The position numbers were made by a program, and so were the translations under genes. The notes under the pieces are model-generated. The model was not told where the DNA came from. It made no database searches and saw only the letters and a list, made by a program, of their open reading frames with translations. This document shows positions 61,801-64,000 of a DNA stretch of 64,000 bases, one piece after another (within the stretch, counting starts at the first letter, position 1; every line of letters begins with the position of its first letter). This DNA is from Auanema rhodensis (lineage: Eukaryota > Animalia > Nematoda), in NCBI GenBank assembly GCA_964057225.1, contig OZ059896.1, positions 12,524,001 to 12,588,000 on the forward strand, in the 5' to 3' direction.

Positions 61801-64000
61801 TGTTTCTTTTTAATTTTTTTCGGTATATTTATTTTTTCACTGTCAAATCGGCAAGCACCTGCTGCACATGTGCGAGCTATTCGAGTGACCGATGCTCAAA
61901 CGAGCCACGCTTAGAAAATGAGGCTGACATAACACGCTTTTCACTCCTACCCAGATTGATTGCTTTAGAGACATTTCTGTCTTATCTCATTATATTCTCA
62001 ACTTTGACTTTGATTTTTCTAAAATTTCATTAATGTATAATTCAAAATATCATTTCTTGTGATCAGATTGTTAATCGTTAAATCTGTAAACGTTTCTCTC
62101 GAAATAGCAAGTAGAGTGTTCAGTTGTACCCACATAACAAAGAAAGTAGAAGAACATATATATTTAGAGCAAAAAAAGTGCGGAAAAGTCGTTATCTCGT
62201 TAACATCAGTTTCACTGCCCAAAACTCTGTTTATTGTCATTCTACTTGCTATTTTGAGAGAAACGTTTACAGATATATATGAATATTTACTACACTAGCA
62301 AGCAGAAGAAAACCTTATACTAGTTCATTGTTTTTTTTAAATTTTTTTTCGGTATTTTTATTTTTTCACTGTCAAATCGGCAAGCACCTGCTGCACATGT
62401 GCGAGCTATTCGAGTGACCGATGCCCGAACAAGCCACGCTTAAAAAATGAGGCTGACATAACACGTTTTTCACTCCTACCCAGATTGATTGCTTTAGAGA
62501 CATTTCTGTCTTATCTCATTATATTCTCTACTTTAACTTTGATTTTTCTAAAATTTCATTAATGTATAATTCAAAATATCATTTCTTGTGATCAGATTGT
62601 TAATCGTTATATCTGTAAACGTTTCTCTCGAAGTAGCAAGTAGAGTGTTCAGTTGTACCCACTTAACAAAGAAAGTAGAAGAACATATATATTTAGAGCA
62701 AAAAAAGTGCGGAAAAGTCGTTATCTCGTTAACATCAGTTTCACTGTTCAAAACTCTGTTTATTGTCACTCTACTTGCTATTTCGAGAGAAACGTTTACA
62801 GATATATATGAATATTCACTACACTAGCAAGCAGAAGAAAACCTTATACTAGTTCATTGTTTCTTTTTAATTTTTTTCGGTATATTTATTTTTTCATTGT
62901 CAAATCGGCAAGCACCTGCTGCACATGTGCGAGCTTTTCGAGTGACCGATGCCCAAACGAACCACGCTTAGAAAATGAGGCTGACATAACACGTTTTTCA
63001 CTCGTACCCAGATTGATTGCTTTAGAGACATTTCTGTCTTATCTCATTATATTCTCAACTTTGACTTTGATTTTTCTAAAATTTCATTAATGTATAATTC
63101 AAAATATCATTTCTTGTGATCAGATTGTTAATCGTTATATCTGTAAACGTTTCTCTCGAAGTAGCAAGTAGAGTGTTCAGTTGTACCCACTTAACAAAGA
63201 AAGTAGAAGAACATATATTTTTAGAGCAAAAAAAGTGCGGAAAAGTCGTTATCTCGTGAACATCAGTTTCACTGCCCAAAACTCTGTTTATTGTCTTTCT
63301 ACTTGCTATTTCGAGAGAAACCTTTACAGATATACATATATGAATATTTACTACACTAGCAAGCAGAAGAAAACCTTATACTAGTTCATTGTTTTTTTTA
63401 AATTTTTTTCGGCAAATCGGCAAACACCTGCTGCACATGTGCGAGCTATTCGAGTGACCGATGCCCAAACGAGCCACGCTTAGAAAATGAGACTGACATA
63501 ACACGTTTTTCACTCTGTAGATTTGTACCCACTTAACAAAGAAAATAGAATAACATATATATTTAGAGCAAAAAAAGTGCGGAAAAGTCGTTATCTCGTT
63601 AACATCAGTTTCACTGTTCAAAACTCTGTTTATTGTCACTCTACTTGCTATTTCGAGAGAAACGTTTACAGATATATATGAATATTCACTACACTAGCAA
63701 GCAGGAGAAAACCTTATTCTAGTTCATTGTTTTTTTTTAATCTTTTTCGGTATATTTATTTTTTCACTGTCAAATCGGCAACACTAGCAAGCAGAAGAAA
63801 ACCTTATACTAGTTCATTGTTTTTTTTTTTGATTTTTTTCGGTACATTTATTTTTTCACTGTCAAATCGGCAAGCACCTGCTGCACATGTGCGAGCTATT
63901 CGAGTGACCGATGCCCAAACAAGCCACGCTTAGAAAATGAGGCTGACATAACACGTTTTTCACTCTGTAGAGTTGTACCCACTTAACAAAAAAAGTAGAA
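58825..64000 (+). repeat. tRNA-less satellite, continues past the window end
   Basis: Resumes in register with the unit interrupted at 49442. Confidence 0.96.

Noticed and set aside
34959-64000. Dozens of repeated 60-120 aa ORFs in the array and satellite
   Set aside because: Chance frames in tandem repeats on both strands, mostly non-ATG starts, frequently broken by indels.

Overview
AT-rich eukaryotic DNA, very probably nematode (short GT-AG introns, a C. elegans-like tRNA-Gln(CTG), nematode-type mobile elements). No ordinary host protein gene is evident. The backbone is a tandem array of tRNA-Gln(CTG) genes (~880-890 bp unit) that turns, after ~41.5 kb, into a tRNA-less satellite (~528 and ~355 bp units) built from the same spacer. 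Inserted into it are: (1) degenerate BEL/Pao LTR retrotransposon pieces with a phlebovirus Gc-like env; (2) three related intron-rich Mutator/MULE-like DNA transposons, two of them inside tRNA-Gln genes with perfect 9-bp target duplications; (3) a ~15 kb degraded Maverick/Polinton (ATPase, penton, protease, PW-like, major capsid, spliced pPolB) with no visible integrase, bracketed by an inverted repeat whose left arm follows a hAT-like terminus and precedes a BED/hAT gene, and interrupted by two mariners, a second hAT remnant and a palindrome; (4) a young full-length Ty3/Gypsy element with gag-env-pol order, a class III (herpes gB-like) fusogen, a tRNA-Gln primer-binding site and an in-frame amber codon between gag and env. 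Best novelty candidates: tRNA-gene-targeting MULEs, a possible hAT-Polinton hybrid, and the Gln-tRNA-linked enveloped Gypsy. All calls come from manual motif reading; no searches were run.
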